Of a stretch of 64,000 nucleotides of DNA, positions 19,138-28,582 are shown one piece after another (positions within the stretch are counted from its first letter, which is position 1; every line of letters starts with the position of its first letter). Under the pieces are notes generated by a model. It searched no databases and was not told the origin of the DNA. It worked only from the letters and a program-made list of their open reading frames with translations. The stretch spans positions 60,750 through 124,749 of the forward strand of contig JBDTMI010000004.1 of assembly GCA_039934355.1 (NCBI GenBank), given 5' to 3'. Both the position numbers and the translations under genes were made by a program. This DNA is from Gemmatimonadales bacterium (GTDB lineage: Bacteria; Gemmatimonadota; Gemmatimonadetes; Gemmatimonadales; GWC2-71-9).

Positions 19138-19737
19138 GTGGTGGAAGATCAAGACGTTCGCAACAATGCCGGCGGCGAATCAGACGCCGCGGACTCGATT
19201 GACAATGCCGGGACGGCTGAGCAGCCATTGGCCGCGGCCGAGATCGGCGGGCTGCCGATGGAGCCGGGATCCGAGGCAATCCGCCGGTTGGAAAATGAGG
19301 TCGCCGAAGCCCGGGACCGATACCTGAGGCTCGCCGCCGAGTACGACAATTTCCGCAAGCGGGTGGCACGCGAACGCGAGGAGCTGACCGCCCGGGCGCA
19401 GGCCGCGCTGGCCGTCCGGTTGCTCGATGTTCTGGATGATCTCGATCGGGTCGTGTCGGGAACTGGGCTCGCCGCCGGGCCCGAAGTGATGCAGCAGGCG
19501 CTCGTCCTCATCGATCGGAAGATGCGCAAGGAGCTTGAAGCGGCCGGGCTCGAACGAATCGAGCCCGCGGGTCAGCCGTTCGATCCCAGCCTGCACGAGG
19601 CTGTCTCCGTGCTGGTCCCGCCCGCGCCCGAGGCCGATCACACCGTCAGCGCCACCTTTCAGGCCGGGTACCGGTTCAAGGGCTCGCTGATCCGGCCCGC
19701 CCGGGTCCAGGTGTATTCGTCCGAAGGGCATGCCTGA
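19138..19737 (+). CDS. grpE: Nucleotide exchange factor GrpE
   Basis: A GTG at 19138 in the frame of ORF 18934..19737 gives 199 aa. RDRYLRLAAEYDNFRKRVARE, LDVLDDLDR and GYRFKGSLIRPARVQV motifs. The exact start is uncertain (19138, 19141, or the later ATG). Confidence 0.9.
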   Translation: MVEDQDVRNNAGGESDAADSIDNAGTAEQPLAAAEIGGLPMEPGSEAIRRLENEVAEARDRYLRLAAEYDNFRKRVAREREELTARAQAALAVRLLDVLDDLDRVVSGTGLAAGPEVMQQALVLIDRKMRKELEAAGLERIEPAGQPFDPSLHEAVSVLVPPAPEADHTVSATFQAGYRFKGSLIRPARVQVYSSEGHA

Positions 19738-19739
19738 CC

Positions 19740-20834
19740 GTGGCGAAGGACTTCTACCAGGTCCTTGGCGTTCCGGATAGCGCGACACCTGCGGAAATCA
19801 AGAAAGCTTACCGCCGGCTCGCGAAACAGCACCACCCTGACGCCAATCCCAACAATCCCTCCGCCTCCGATCGCTTCAAGGAGATTTCGGAGGCGCATTC
19901 GGTGCTGGCTGACGCCGACAAGCGCAAGCAATACGACCAGATGCGCCGACTCGGCGCGTTCGATCCCGCGGCCACCCGGCGCGGGCAGGGCGCCGGGTCC
20001 CGCGCCGGTTCCCCGTCCGCGGGCCCGGATGGCGCCGAGTTTTCCGACCTCGGCGGGTTCGGGCTGGGTGACATCTTCTCGTCGATATTCGGGCGCGGAC
20101 GGCAGGAGGCGGAGGAGTCCCAGGCTCTCGAAACCGTGGTGGAGATCCCGTTCCGGATTGCCGCGTTAGGTGGCAAGGTGTCGGTGCGGATTCCGGTGAC
20201 GGAATCGTGCCACGTCTGCTCCGGCAGCGGTGCCGCGCCCGGGGCGAAGGTCACGACCTGTTCCGAGTGCAACGGCCGGGGGACGGTGACGTTCGGCCAG
20301 GGCGGCTTCGCGGTCAGTCGGCCATGCCCGAAATGCCGGGGCCGGGGCAGGACCCCCTCGACACCCTGTCCCAACTGCCACGGTGCCGGGGAAGTGCGGG
20401 TGGAGCGGGAAGTGGCGATCACGGTGCCGCTCGCGACGGAGACCGGGACCAAGGTTCGGATGCGGGGGCAGGGACAGGCCTCCCGGCCCGGCGAGCCGCC
20501 GGGAGATCTGGTGGTCACGTTCCAGGTGCAGCCGGACCGCTTCTTCCGCCGCGAGGGGTTGGACCTCCACTGCGACGTGCCCATCAATCTGGCGCAGGCG
20601 GCGCTCGGGACGCGCCTGCGCGTGCGTACGCTCGATGGCAAGAAGGTGGTGCTGCGGATCCCGGCCGGAACTCAGCCGGGTCGTCGGTTCCGAATCAAGG
20701 GGATGGGATTGGCCAAGGGTGAGCGGAAGGGCGACCAGCTGGTGCAGGTCCAGGTGCAGATCCCGGAGGCACTCTCACCGGAGCAGGAAGAGCTGCTGAA
20801 GAAGTTCGCCGAATCGACCGGGCTGCCGTTCTAG
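19740..20834 (+). CDS. dnaJ: Molecular chaperone DnaJ (type I: J domain, G/F region, four CxxCxGxG zinc motifs)
   Basis: 364 aa. DFYQVLGVP...YRRLAKQHHPD J domain. CHVCSGSG, CSECNGRG, CPKCRGRG and CPNCHGAG. Starts 2 nt after the grpE stop. Confidence 0.9.
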   Translation: MAKDFYQVLGVPDSATPAEIKKAYRRLAKQHHPDANPNNPSASDRFKEISEAHSVLADADKRKQYDQMRRLGAFDPAATRRGQGAGSRAGSPSAGPDGAEFSDLGGFGLGDIFSSIFGRGRQEAEESQALETVVEIPFRIAALGGKVSVRIPVTESCHVCSGSGAAPGAKVTTCSECNGRGTVTFGQGGFAVSRPCPKCRGRGRTPSTPCPNCHGAGEVRVEREVAITVPLATETGTKVRMRGQGQASRPGEPPGDLVVTFQVQPDRFFRREGLDLHCDVPINLAQAALGTRLRVRTLDGKKVVLRIPAGTQPGRRFRIKGMGLAKGERKGDQLVQVQVQIPEALSPEQEELLKKFAESTGLPF

Positions 20835-20864
20835 CCGGTCGCCAGACAGCTGACAGCTGCCAGC

Positions 20865-23048
20865 TCAGACCTGGCGCCCCACTGCCGGGTATTCCCCCGT
20901 CGCCCGGCCCGTCTCCCGATAACTCTCCACCAGCAGCCGATGAGTCGCCAGCTCGGTGTCATCCGACGGCGGGTGCCGCTGGGTGTAATGACCATGGGCG
21001 TCCAACTCCCACGCCTGGCGATTGTCCTGCCACATGAGCCCGAGAATTTCCCGGATCGACTGCCGATGGACCGGATCTTCGATCGGGGCGACCGCCTCGA
21101 TCCGCCGGTCAAGGTTGCGCGGCATCCAGTCCGCGGAGCCGATGTAGACCTCTTCCGCCCCGCCGTTCAGGAAATAGAAGGCGCGGGAGTGCTCGAGGAA
21201 TCGACCGATGATGCTGATCACCCGGATGTGTTCGCTGACGCCGGGGAGACCCGGGCGGAGGCAGCAGATCCCGCGGACGATGAGGTCGATGCGCACGCCG
21301 GCCTGACTGGCCTCGTACAGTGCGCGGATGATGGGCGGGTCCACCAGCGCATTCATCTTGGCGATGATCCGTGCCGGTCGACCGGCACGGGCGTTGGCCG
21401 CTTCGCGCAGGATGAGGGCGATGAACCGTTCCCGCATCCCCCGCGGCGCCACGATCAGCTTGCGATACTCCGCCGGTGCCCCGAACCCGGTGAGGACGTT
21501 GAACAGATCGGTCAGGTCCGCGCCGAGATCGGGGCTGGTGGTGAACAGGCCGAAATCGGTATACAGGCGCGCGGTGCGCGGATGATAGTTGCCGGTGCCG
21601 AGGTGGACATAGCGGCGCATGGTGTCGCCCTCGCGGCGCACCACCAGCATGACCTTGGTGTGGGTCTTGAGTCCCGCGACGCCGTAGCTCACATGGGCGC
21701 CCACATCTTCCAGCCGCTGGGCCCAGCGGATGTTGTTCTCCTCGTCGAATCGCGCCTGCAATTCGATGAGCACGGCGACCTGCTTTCCCCGTTCGGCCGC
21801 GTGCGCCAGCAACCGGGCGATGCTCGAGTCACCACCGGTCCGATACAGCGTCAGCTTGATCGCGAGCACGTCGGGATCATCGACCGCGGTCTGGATGAAC
21901 CGCTCGACCGAACTGGTGAAGCTTTCATAGGGGTGATGCACCAGGACGTCGCCCTCGCGGATCACGTCGAACATGTTGCGTCCGCCGGCCAGCCGTGAAG
22001 GCGTCACGGGATAGTGCGGCGGGTCTTTCAGCACCGGCAGGTCCATGGCGCCGGTGAGGCTCAGCAGGTCGGCGGTATCGAGGAGGCCAGGGACTTCATA
22101 AAGATCGTCCGGTCCCAGCGGGGCAGCCAGCGCGGCCTGCGCCGCATTGAATTCCGCCAGCAGCACCTCCCGGATCGATGCCGGGAGATCCGGGGTCACT
22201 TCCAGCCGCACCACGGAGCCGAACCGGCGGTTGCGCACCTCCGCCTGGATCGTGCTCAGGAGATCCTCGGCCTCGTCGTGGTCCACTTCGAAGTCGGTGT
22301 TGCGCGTGATGCGGAAGGCATGGCATCCGAGGATTTCGACACCGGGGAACAGCGTTTCGATGTTGGCGGTGACGACCTGTTCGAGCGGAACGTACCGGGT
22401 AGGTCCGCCATCGGTCCGCGGTCCCTGGTCGACCGAGACCCAGCGGGGCAGGATCTTGGGCACCTTCACCCGGGCGAACCGCTCTTCGCCGTCCATGTCG
22501 CGGAGCCGGACCGCGAGCGAAAGGCTGAGGTTGGAGATGTACGGAAAAGGATGCGCGGGATCGACGGCGAGCGGAGTGAGGACCGGAAAAACATTGTCCC
22601 GGAAGTACTGGTCGATGTGCGCCCGCTCCGGGCCGGTCAGGTCGCCGACATCCAGCACCGCGACTCCATCGAGTCGCAGCGCCGGCAGAATCTCATCATG
22701 CAGGGAACGGGCGTGGCTCCGGACCATCTCGCGCACGCAGACGGCGATCTGGCGCAACTGCTCATCGGGTGTCAGGCCATCGGGAGTCCGTTCGACATAG
22801 CCCGCGGCCAGCTGATCCTTGAGCCCCGCCACCCTGATCTGGAAGAACTCGTCCAGGTTCGAGCTGAAGATCCCCAGGAACTTGAGGCGCTCGAGCAGGG
22901 GCGTGCGCTGATCCTGGGCTTCGTGCAGCACCCGCCGGTTGAACTCCAGCCAGGACAGTTCGCGGTTGACGTACAGCGCGGGCAGCGAGAGATCGTGGAC
23001 CGGCGCCGGGGCGGGGGGGAGCACGGCCGGAGGAGCGAGATCGGTCAT
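20865..23048 (-). CDS. ppk1: Polyphosphate kinase 1
   Basis: YVNRELSWLEFNRRVLHEA...RLKFLGIFSSNLDEFF N-terminus, HTKVMLVVRRE and HxK phospholipase-D-like motifs. I prefer the ATG at 23048 (727 aa); the ORF track extends to 23099. Confidence 0.95.
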   Translation of the reverse strand: MTDLAPPAVLPPAPAPVHDLSLPALYVNRELSWLEFNRRVLHEAQDQRTPLLERLKFLGIFSSNLDEFFQIRVAGLKDQLAAGYVERTPDGLTPDEQLRQIAVCVREMVRSHARSLHDEILPALRLDGVAVLDVGDLTGPERAHIDQYFRDNVFPVLTPLAVDPAHPFPYISNLSLSLAVRLRDMDGEERFARVKVPKILPRWVSVDQGPRTDGGPTRYVPLEQVVTANIETLFPGVEILGCHAFRITRNTDFEVDHDEAEDLLSTIQAEVRNRRFGSVVRLEVTPDLPASIREVLLAEFNAAQAALAAPLGPDDLYEVPGLLDTADLLSLTGAMDLPVLKDPPHYPVTPSRLAGGRNMFDVIREGDVLVHHPYESFTSSVERFIQTAVDDPDVLAIKLTLYRTGGDSSIARLLAHAAERGKQVAVLIELQARFDEENNIRWAQRLEDVGAHVSYGVAGLKTHTKVMLVVRREGDTMRRYVHLGTGNYHPRTARLYTDFGLFTTSPDLGADLTDLFNVLTGFGAPAEYRKLIVAPRGMRERFIALILREAANARAGRPARIIAKMNALVDPPIIRALYEASQAGVRIDLIVRGICCLRPGLPGVSEHIRVISIIGRFLEHSRAFYFLNGGAEEVYIGSADWMPRNLDRRIEAVAPIEDPVHRQSIREILGLMWQDNRQAWELDAHGHYTQRHPPSDDTELATHRLLVESYRETGRATGEYPAVGRQV

Positions 23049-23082
23049 GGGCAGGAATGTACCGGCGCGTGTAACGGGCGTG

Positions 23083-23472
23083 TCACGGCGGCCCGCCACC
23101 CACGACCCGAACTTCTTTCTCCCCCACGACGATGGAAAGGAAAAGGCTGACCAGGCTGATCAGGAGTCCGGCCCAGAACGCCGGCCAGAATCCGTTCACC
23201 ATGAACCCGAGATCGAATTGGGCCGAGATCCACGCGGTGACGAGCAGCAGCAGCGCATTGATCACGAAGAGAAAGAGACCGAGGGAAACCAGGACGAGCG
23301 GACAGGTCAGCAGCGTAAGGAGTGGCCGGAAGATGGCATTCACCAGGCCGAACAGTACGGCCACCAGCAGGAGTCCGACCGGACCGCGATCGTAGTCCAC
23401 GCCGGGTACCACCTGAACCGCCACGTAGAGCGCCAGGGTATTGATGAGCCAGCGAACCAGGAGGGTGCGCAT
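23083..23472 (-). CDS. DUF360 / 'phage holin family' (YvlD-like) small membrane protein
   Basis: 129 aa from the ATG at 23472 (MRTLLVRWLINTLALYVAVQVVPGV...), 4 TM helices. The start overlaps the upstream peptidase stop by 1 nt. Confidence 0.75.
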   Translation of the reverse strand: MRTLLVRWLINTLALYVAVQVVPGVDYDRGPVGLLLVAVLFGLVNAIFRPLLTLLTCPLVLVSLGLFLFVINALLLLVTAWISAQFDLGFMVNGFWPAFWAGLLISLVSLFLSIVVGEKEVRVVGGGPP

Positions 23473-25490
23473 CAGGACCGGGCGCGGAGGTAGGTGTCCA
23501 TCCAGTCGAGCACGGTGGACCACCAGAGGCGCCGGTTCCTCGCCCGGGTGACGAAATGATCCTCGTCCGGGAAGTACAGAAACTTGCCCGGCAGTTTTCT
23601 GAGCTTGAGCGCGGTAAACGCCTGCATACCCTCCGAGAGATCCACCCGATAGTCGTTCTGGCTGTGCACCACCAGCATCGGAGTGGCCCAGTTGCTGATG
23701 TAGTTGGCCGGGGACCACTTCTCCATCAGTGCGCGGGCGGCCGGCTGCTGCGGTGGACCGCCAAACTCCCAGAGCGGGAACCACTGCTCCTCCGTTGTTC
23801 CAGCCATGCTCAGCGGATTGAAGATGCCGTCGTGGGCGACCAGTGCCTTGAAGCGATTAGTGTGGCCCGCCATCCAGTAGACCATGTATCCGCCATACGA
23901 TCCGCCCGCGGCACCCATGCGCGTGCTGTCGACGTAGGAGCGGTGTGCCATCACGTCGAGCCCCTTCATGAGGTCGTCGTAGGGCAAGCCGCCCCAGTTG
24001 CGTGAGATACTGTTGGTGAACGCCTGCCCATATCCCGTCGAGCCGTGAAAATTGACCGCGGCGACCACATACCCGCGGGAGGCGAACAGGGCATAGTTCC
24101 ACCGGCTGTGCCATTGGTCGAGCCAGGCACCCTGCGGTCCGCCGTGGATCAGGTAGATGAGTGGATAGCGCTTCAAGGAATCGAACGCCGGTGGCTTGAT
24201 GAGCCAGCCGAAGACCGAATCGCCCCTCGCACCGACAAACCCGAACGACTCTGCCGGCCGGACATCCAGACTATCGAAACTGGCGTCGTTCACGTGGGTG
24301 AGCTGGCGGGGATTCCTTCCCTCCGCCGTCGCCGTCCACACTTCGGCGGCGCGCGCGGCGGTCTGCTTGAGGTAGGTGATCACGTCGCCGCGTGCCGACA
24401 CCTGCAGATTGGTGAGCAGGCCGCCATCGAGCACTTTGGAGGTCTTGCCCGAGGGCACCTCCACCCGATAGAACGCATGCCCGCCCCGTTCCTCGACCTC
24501 CGCCAGAATCGCCCGTGAATCGGGCAGCCAGCGATAGTCCTGGATGCTGAGGTCCCACTTGGGTGTCAGGGGGGTGCGCCGGCCACTGGCGCGTTCATAC
24601 AGGGCCAGTTGCTGGCGGTCGGCTTCGAATCCCGGCGTGGCCATCGCGAGGTAGGCGATCAGCCGGCCGTCAGGTGAGTATTGCGGTGAGTGATCGTTGC
24701 CCGCGCTCGTGGTGATGGCCTGGCGTTCCGACCCATCCGGCCCCATCACGAACACGTCGTTGTTGGTGCTGGTCGCCACGCTGGAATCAGGATTGTAGAC
24801 GATCGCGAGTTCGGTCCCGACCGGCGAGACGGCGACATCCCGTCCCCCGAGCGCCAGTGGAGGGACATCCCGGTCGATCGGGGTGATGTCGGTGAATGCA
24901 CCATCCGCAACGTTCACACGGAAGACATGGGACCGCAGACCGAGGCGCCATTCATTCCAGTGGCGGTAGAAGAGCGAGGTCCAGATCTTCGCCTCGGTGG
25001 GCCAGGGCGATGCACGGCGCGCCGATTCCAGCGAGTCGCCCACCGCGACATCGGTCCAGAAGAAGAGGGTCTTGCCGTCGGGCGACCAGACGAAGTCGGC
25101 GATGCCATCAGGCACCTTCGTGACGCGGGTCGCCTCGCCGCCCCGGATCGGCAGACGCCAGATCTGCGACGTCCCGTCGCGGGTTGAAATGAAGGCCAGG
25201 ATCTTTCCGTCAGCCGACCAGCGCGGGGCGCGGTCGTTGCCCGCACCGCTCAGCGCCTGCCAGCTCTCGCCGGTGGCGACGTCCGCGAGCCAGATCTTGG
25301 TGCTGGTCCGATTGCTGTCGAGGGAAGGTGTGGCGATCGTGAAGGCGACCAGCCCCCCGTCCGGCGTCAGCTGCGGATCGCCGACGGTGGGTGTGGTGAT
25401 GAACCCCTCGATCGTGAGCGGCCGCTTCTCCTGCGCACCGAGCGTGGTCGCGGTGCCAGCCAGCAACATGAAAACAACGGAGCGACGCAT
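23472..25490 (-). CDS. S9 family serine peptidase (prolyl oligopeptidase/acylaminoacyl-peptidase type) with N-terminal beta-propeller
   Basis: 672 aa. Signal peptide. TolB/WD40-like repeats (SPDG.. motifs). C-terminal alpha/beta hydrolase with nucleophile elbow GGSYGGYM and a downstream D/H. Confidence 0.9.
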   Translation of the reverse strand: MRRSVVFMLLAGTATTLGAQEKRPLTIEGFITTPTVGDPQLTPDGGLVAFTIATPSLDSNRTSTKIWLADVATGESWQALSGAGNDRAPRWSADGKILAFISTRDGTSQIWRLPIRGGEATRVTKVPDGIADFVWSPDGKTLFFWTDVAVGDSLESARRASPWPTEAKIWTSLFYRHWNEWRLGLRSHVFRVNVADGAFTDITPIDRDVPPLALGGRDVAVSPVGTELAIVYNPDSSVATSTNNDVFVMGPDGSERQAITTSAGNDHSPQYSPDGRLIAYLAMATPGFEADRQQLALYERASGRRTPLTPKWDLSIQDYRWLPDSRAILAEVEERGGHAFYRVEVPSGKTSKVLDGGLLTNLQVSARGDVITYLKQTAARAAEVWTATAEGRNPRQLTHVNDASFDSLDVRPAESFGFVGARGDSVFGWLIKPPAFDSLKRYPLIYLIHGGPQGAWLDQWHSRWNYALFASRGYVVAAVNFHGSTGYGQAFTNSISRNWGGLPYDDLMKGLDVMAHRSYVDSTRMGAAGGSYGGYMVYWMAGHTNRFKALVAHDGIFNPLSMAGTTEEQWFPLWEFGGPPQQPAARALMEKWSPANYISNWATPMLVVHSQNDYRVDLSEGMQAFTALKLRKLPGKFLYFPDEDHFVTRARNRRLWWSTVLDWMDTYLRARS

Positions 25491-26560
25491 CAGGCGATGA
25501 TTCCGCCGCCGAGCACCTGGTGATCGGCGGCATAGAGAACGCCGGACTGCCCCGGCGTGATGGCCCGGACCGGTGTGGCCAGAGCGAGGTCGAGTCCATC
25601 GGGGCCGCGCGAGATGACCGTGGCGGGCACGGCGCGCGAGCGGTAGCGGATCTGGGCAAGGCAGCTGTCGCCCTCCTGCAGTGGTGTCGCCAGCCAGTTC
25701 AGTTCCTCGAGCCGCAGTCGGTGACCGAGCAGGTCCTCCGCCGAACCGACCACCACCTCACGCGTCTCTGGCCTGATCGCAACGACGAACCGCGGCTCGG
25801 CGCTGCCACCGGGCAGGCCCTTCCGCTGGCCGATGGTAAATCGGGCGAAGCCGGCGTGCTCGCCAATCCGCTCGCCACTGGTCGTCACCAGCGGCCCCGG
25901 TGCCAGCGCCGGTGCCTCGGCCGGCAGGTGCTCCTCCAGCACGGACACGTAATCGTCGTTTGGCACGAAGCAGATTTCGACCGATTCCGGCTTGTCCGCG
26001 GTCACGAGTCCGAGGCGGCGCGCCATGGCCCGAGTCTCCACCTTCGTGAGCTCGCCGACCGGAGTCAGCATTCGGGCCACGACCGCCCGGTCGATTCCCC
26101 ACAGGAAATAGCTCTGATCCTTCGCCGGATCGCTGCCCCGGTACAGTTTGCCCTCACGCGCGGTGGCGTAGTGCCCGGTCGCAATTCCGTCACAGCCCAG
26201 CGAGTCGGCGTGGGCCAGCAGGTCACGGAACTTGGTGAATGAGTTGCAACGCACGCAGGGAATCGGGGTCCGCCCCCGGCTGTACTCCGACACGAAGTTG
26301 CCGATCACGTCCCGGCTGAACCGGTCCTCGAGATTCAGCACATAGTGCGGAATCCCGAGCGTGTGGGCGACATCACGGGCGTCATTGATGGAATCGAGGG
26401 AGCAGCAGGGACGATCGGGGACGCTGTCGCCATAGCAGAACAGCTTCATCGTCGCGCCGATCACGTCGTACCCCTGGTCGACGAGCACCGCGGCCGCGAC
26501 GGAGCTGTCCACGCCGCCACTCATGGCCACCAGGACCCGGCGCTTGCGTGGATCAGCCAT
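25490..26560 (-). CDS. mnmA: tRNA 2-thiouridine(34) synthase MnmA
   Basis: The ATG at 26560 gives 356 aa. PP-loop VLVAMSGGVDSSVAA, CCS..D and catalytic Cys regions (RCNSFTKF). The ORF track's upstream extension to 26824 is Pro/Ser-rich and implausible. Confidence 0.95.
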   Translation of the reverse strand: MADPRKRRVLVAMSGGVDSSVAAAVLVDQGYDVIGATMKLFCYGDSVPDRPCCSLDSINDARDVAHTLGIPHYVLNLEDRFSRDVIGNFVSEYSRGRTPIPCVRCNSFTKFRDLLAHADSLGCDGIATGHYATAREGKLYRGSDPAKDQSYFLWGIDRAVVARMLTPVGELTKVETRAMARRLGLVTADKPESVEICFVPNDDYVSVLEEHLPAEAPALAPGPLVTTSGERIGEHAGFARFTIGQRKGLPGGSAEPRFVVAIRPETREVVVGSAEDLLGHRLRLEELNWLATPLQEGDSCLAQIRYRSRAVPATVISRGPDGLDLALATPVRAITPGQSGVLYAADHQVLGGGIIA

Positions 26561-27728
26561 GCAGCGATCCGGCGGCATGGCGCAGGGTGTTGATGGTGGC
26601 GGGGACAACGGAGGCGGCGCGGGCGATGTCGGCGCTGGTGGTTTCCCAACCGAGACTGAATCGGATGGCGCTATGGGCGAGATCGGGAGCGATCCCCATC
26701 GCGAGCAAAACGTGCGACGGTTCGATGGCTCCGGTGGCACACGCCGAGCCTCCGGACGCGGCGATGCCGGCAAGGTCGAGATGCATGAGGAGTGACGCCG
26801 TGTCCGTACCGGGGACAAGCACATTCAGGACGTGAGGGGCACGTTCCTCCGATCCGCCGACCACCACGAGGTCGGGGATGCCCGCCCGAAGCGCTGCGGC
26901 GAGCTCCTCGAGGAGGCGACGCAGGCGTGCCGATTCCTCGGCCACGTGACCGGCGGCAAGTGTGGCGGCCCGTCCAAGGCCGACGGCGCCGGCGATGTTC
27001 TCGGTGCCGGGCCGCAGTCCGCGCTGCTGGCTCCCGCCGTGGATGAGCGGTGCGAGCCGCGAGCGATCGCGGACCAGAAGGGCGCCGATGCCCTTCGGGG
27101 CACCGATCTTGTGGCCCGAGATGGTGGCGAGCCCGATCGGATGATCACCGAGTGTGAACGGCACCTTGCCGAACGCCTGCACCAGGTCGGAATGAAAAGC
27201 GACACCGGCGGCCTCCGCGCGACGGGCGATCGCGGCGACGGGTTGGATGACGCCAGTTTCGTTGTTTACCAGCATCACCGACAGCACTGCCGGCCGCTCG
27301 GAGAGGATGCGGTCCAGCACGCCCATGTCGATCAGGCCATGGCTCGTCACCGGGACGACCCGCTCGGCACCACCCAGATGAGTGACTTCGTGCGCGGCAG
27401 CAAGCACAGCCTTGTGTTCCGTGGCGGCGACCGCGACCAGCATCCGCTCTCCGCGATCCCGGGCGGACAGGGCACTCCCGATGATGGCGAGGTTGTTGGC
27501 CTCGGTTCCCCCCGAGGTGAACACCACACTCCCGGGCTCAACTCCAAGTGCGGCCGCGACTTCCCGACGCGCTCCTTCGAGCGCCGCATGCGCGTCCCGC
27601 CCGAAGCGATGACCACTGGAGGGGTTGCCGAACAGCTCCCCGCCCAACAGCGGGAGCATGGCCTCCAGCACCTCCGGACGGACCGGAGTCGTGGCGGCGT
27701 GATCGAGGTAGACCGGCGGGAAATTCAC
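26553..27728 (-). CDS. Cysteine desulfurase (NifS/IscS/YrvO-like, class V aminotransferase)
   Basis: 391 aa. VYLDHAATTP N-terminus, PLP-lysine motif SGHKIGAPKGIGAL, C-terminal SGGSACA active-site Cys loop. Overlaps mnmA by 8 nt. Confidence 0.95.
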   Translation of the reverse strand: MNFPPVYLDHAATTPVRPEVLEAMLPLLGGELFGNPSSGHRFGRDAHAALEGARREVAAALGVEPGSVVFTSGGTEANNLAIIGSALSARDRGERMLVAVAATEHKAVLAAAHEVTHLGGAERVVPVTSHGLIDMGVLDRILSERPAVLSVMLVNNETGVIQPVAAIARRAEAAGVAFHSDLVQAFGKVPFTLGDHPIGLATISGHKIGAPKGIGALLVRDRSRLAPLIHGGSQQRGLRPGTENIAGAVGLGRAATLAAGHVAEESARLRRLLEELAAALRAGIPDLVVVGGSEERAPHVLNVLVPGTDTASLLMHLDLAGIAASGGSACATGAIEPSHVLLAMGIAPDLAHSAIRFSLGWETTSADIARAASVVPATINTLRHAAGSLHG

Positions 27729-27761
27729 CCCCCAAAGATACCTGATCCCCTCCGGCCGCAG

Positions 27762-28478
27762 CTACATGCTCTTTACTTCGAGGGCCACGACGTCATCCAC
27801 CCGGACCGTTTCGTCGGTATGGAACGGCTCGCCATAACGGGTGCGGATCAGAGAGCCGTAGTGCGCGTTCTGCACCTGCACGAGGGAGTAGAGGTCCTGG
27901 CCAGTCGGGAAGATCTCGCCGGCGCTGTCTGCCCCGTCGAACTGGCTCGCATAGCAGCGGATCGCCTGCATCTTCCGCTCGAACTGGGCGCTGATGTCCA
28001 CCACGAAGGTTGGCTTGACCGGATCTTCGCGGTAGGCCAGTGCATAGAGGATCTTCGAGGGTCGGTGCGGTGCCCCAGGTGCATCGTAGCGCGCCAGCCC
28101 AGCCAGAAAGCAGGCGTCGCGGCCCAACTCCGACGCCAGCCGATGATCCGGGTGGCGGCCGACGGGGTAGGGGAGGATCACGACGCTCGGCGCGAAGTGC
28201 CGAATGTGCTCGACCAGGATGCGTCGGGTTGCGTCGGTATTCTGAATCCCCGCGTCCGGAAGCCCGGCGTTCCGGCGTTCCGTCACGCCGAGAATCGCTG
28301 CGGCGCTGGTCGCCTCGGCACCGCGCAGTTCGGCGCTGCCACGTGTGCCCATTTCTCCCGCGGTCAAGTCCAGAATGCCGGTGCGATGGCCCTGATCACG
28401 CGCTCGCAGCAGCGTGCCGCCGCAGGTGAGTTCGATGTCGTCGCGGTGTGCGGCAATGGCGAGCAGGTCGACAGGCAT
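27762..28478 (-). CDS. bshB1: PIG-L/LmbE family deacetylase, BshB1-like (bacillithiol biosynthesis deacetylase)
   Basis: 238 aa. LLAIAAHRDDIELTCGGTL...GILDLTAGEMGTRG pattern matches BshB1 as remembered. Zn-binding H/D residues present. Confidence 0.7.
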   Translation of the reverse strand: MPVDLLAIAAHRDDIELTCGGTLLRARDQGHRTGILDLTAGEMGTRGSAELRGAEATSAAAILGVTERRNAGLPDAGIQNTDATRRILVEHIRHFAPSVVILPYPVGRHPDHRLASELGRDACFLAGLARYDAPGAPHRPSKILYALAYREDPVKPTFVVDISAQFERKMQAIRCYASQFDGADSAGEIFPTGQDLYSLVQVQNAHYGSLIRTRYGEPFHTDETVRVDDVVALEVKSM

Positions 28479-28509
28479 GGGGAAGGGGAAGAGGGAAAGG
28501 GGAAAGGGG
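28479..28509. repeat. Polypurine G-run tract (GGGG-AA-GGGG-AAGA-GGG-AAA-GGGG-AAA-GGGG), G-quadruplex-capable
   Basis: Read directly. Five G3-4 runs separated by 2-4 nt A-rich loops on the + strand, abutting the bshB1 start codon (28476-28478, minus strand). Confidence 0.8.
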
Positions 28510-28582
28510 AACGGCGAACCGGGAAGAATCTACACCGGCTTCCGTCACCCCGATCCCCGTTGGGCGACCCTCCACTATGGTC

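Noticed and set aside
23083-23472. A 'phage holin family' (DUF360) gene as evidence for a prophage
   Set aside because: No terminase, capsid, tail, integrase or lysin genes are nearby. The gene is translationally coupled to housekeeping genes, and the DUF360/YvlD family is widespread in chromosomes.
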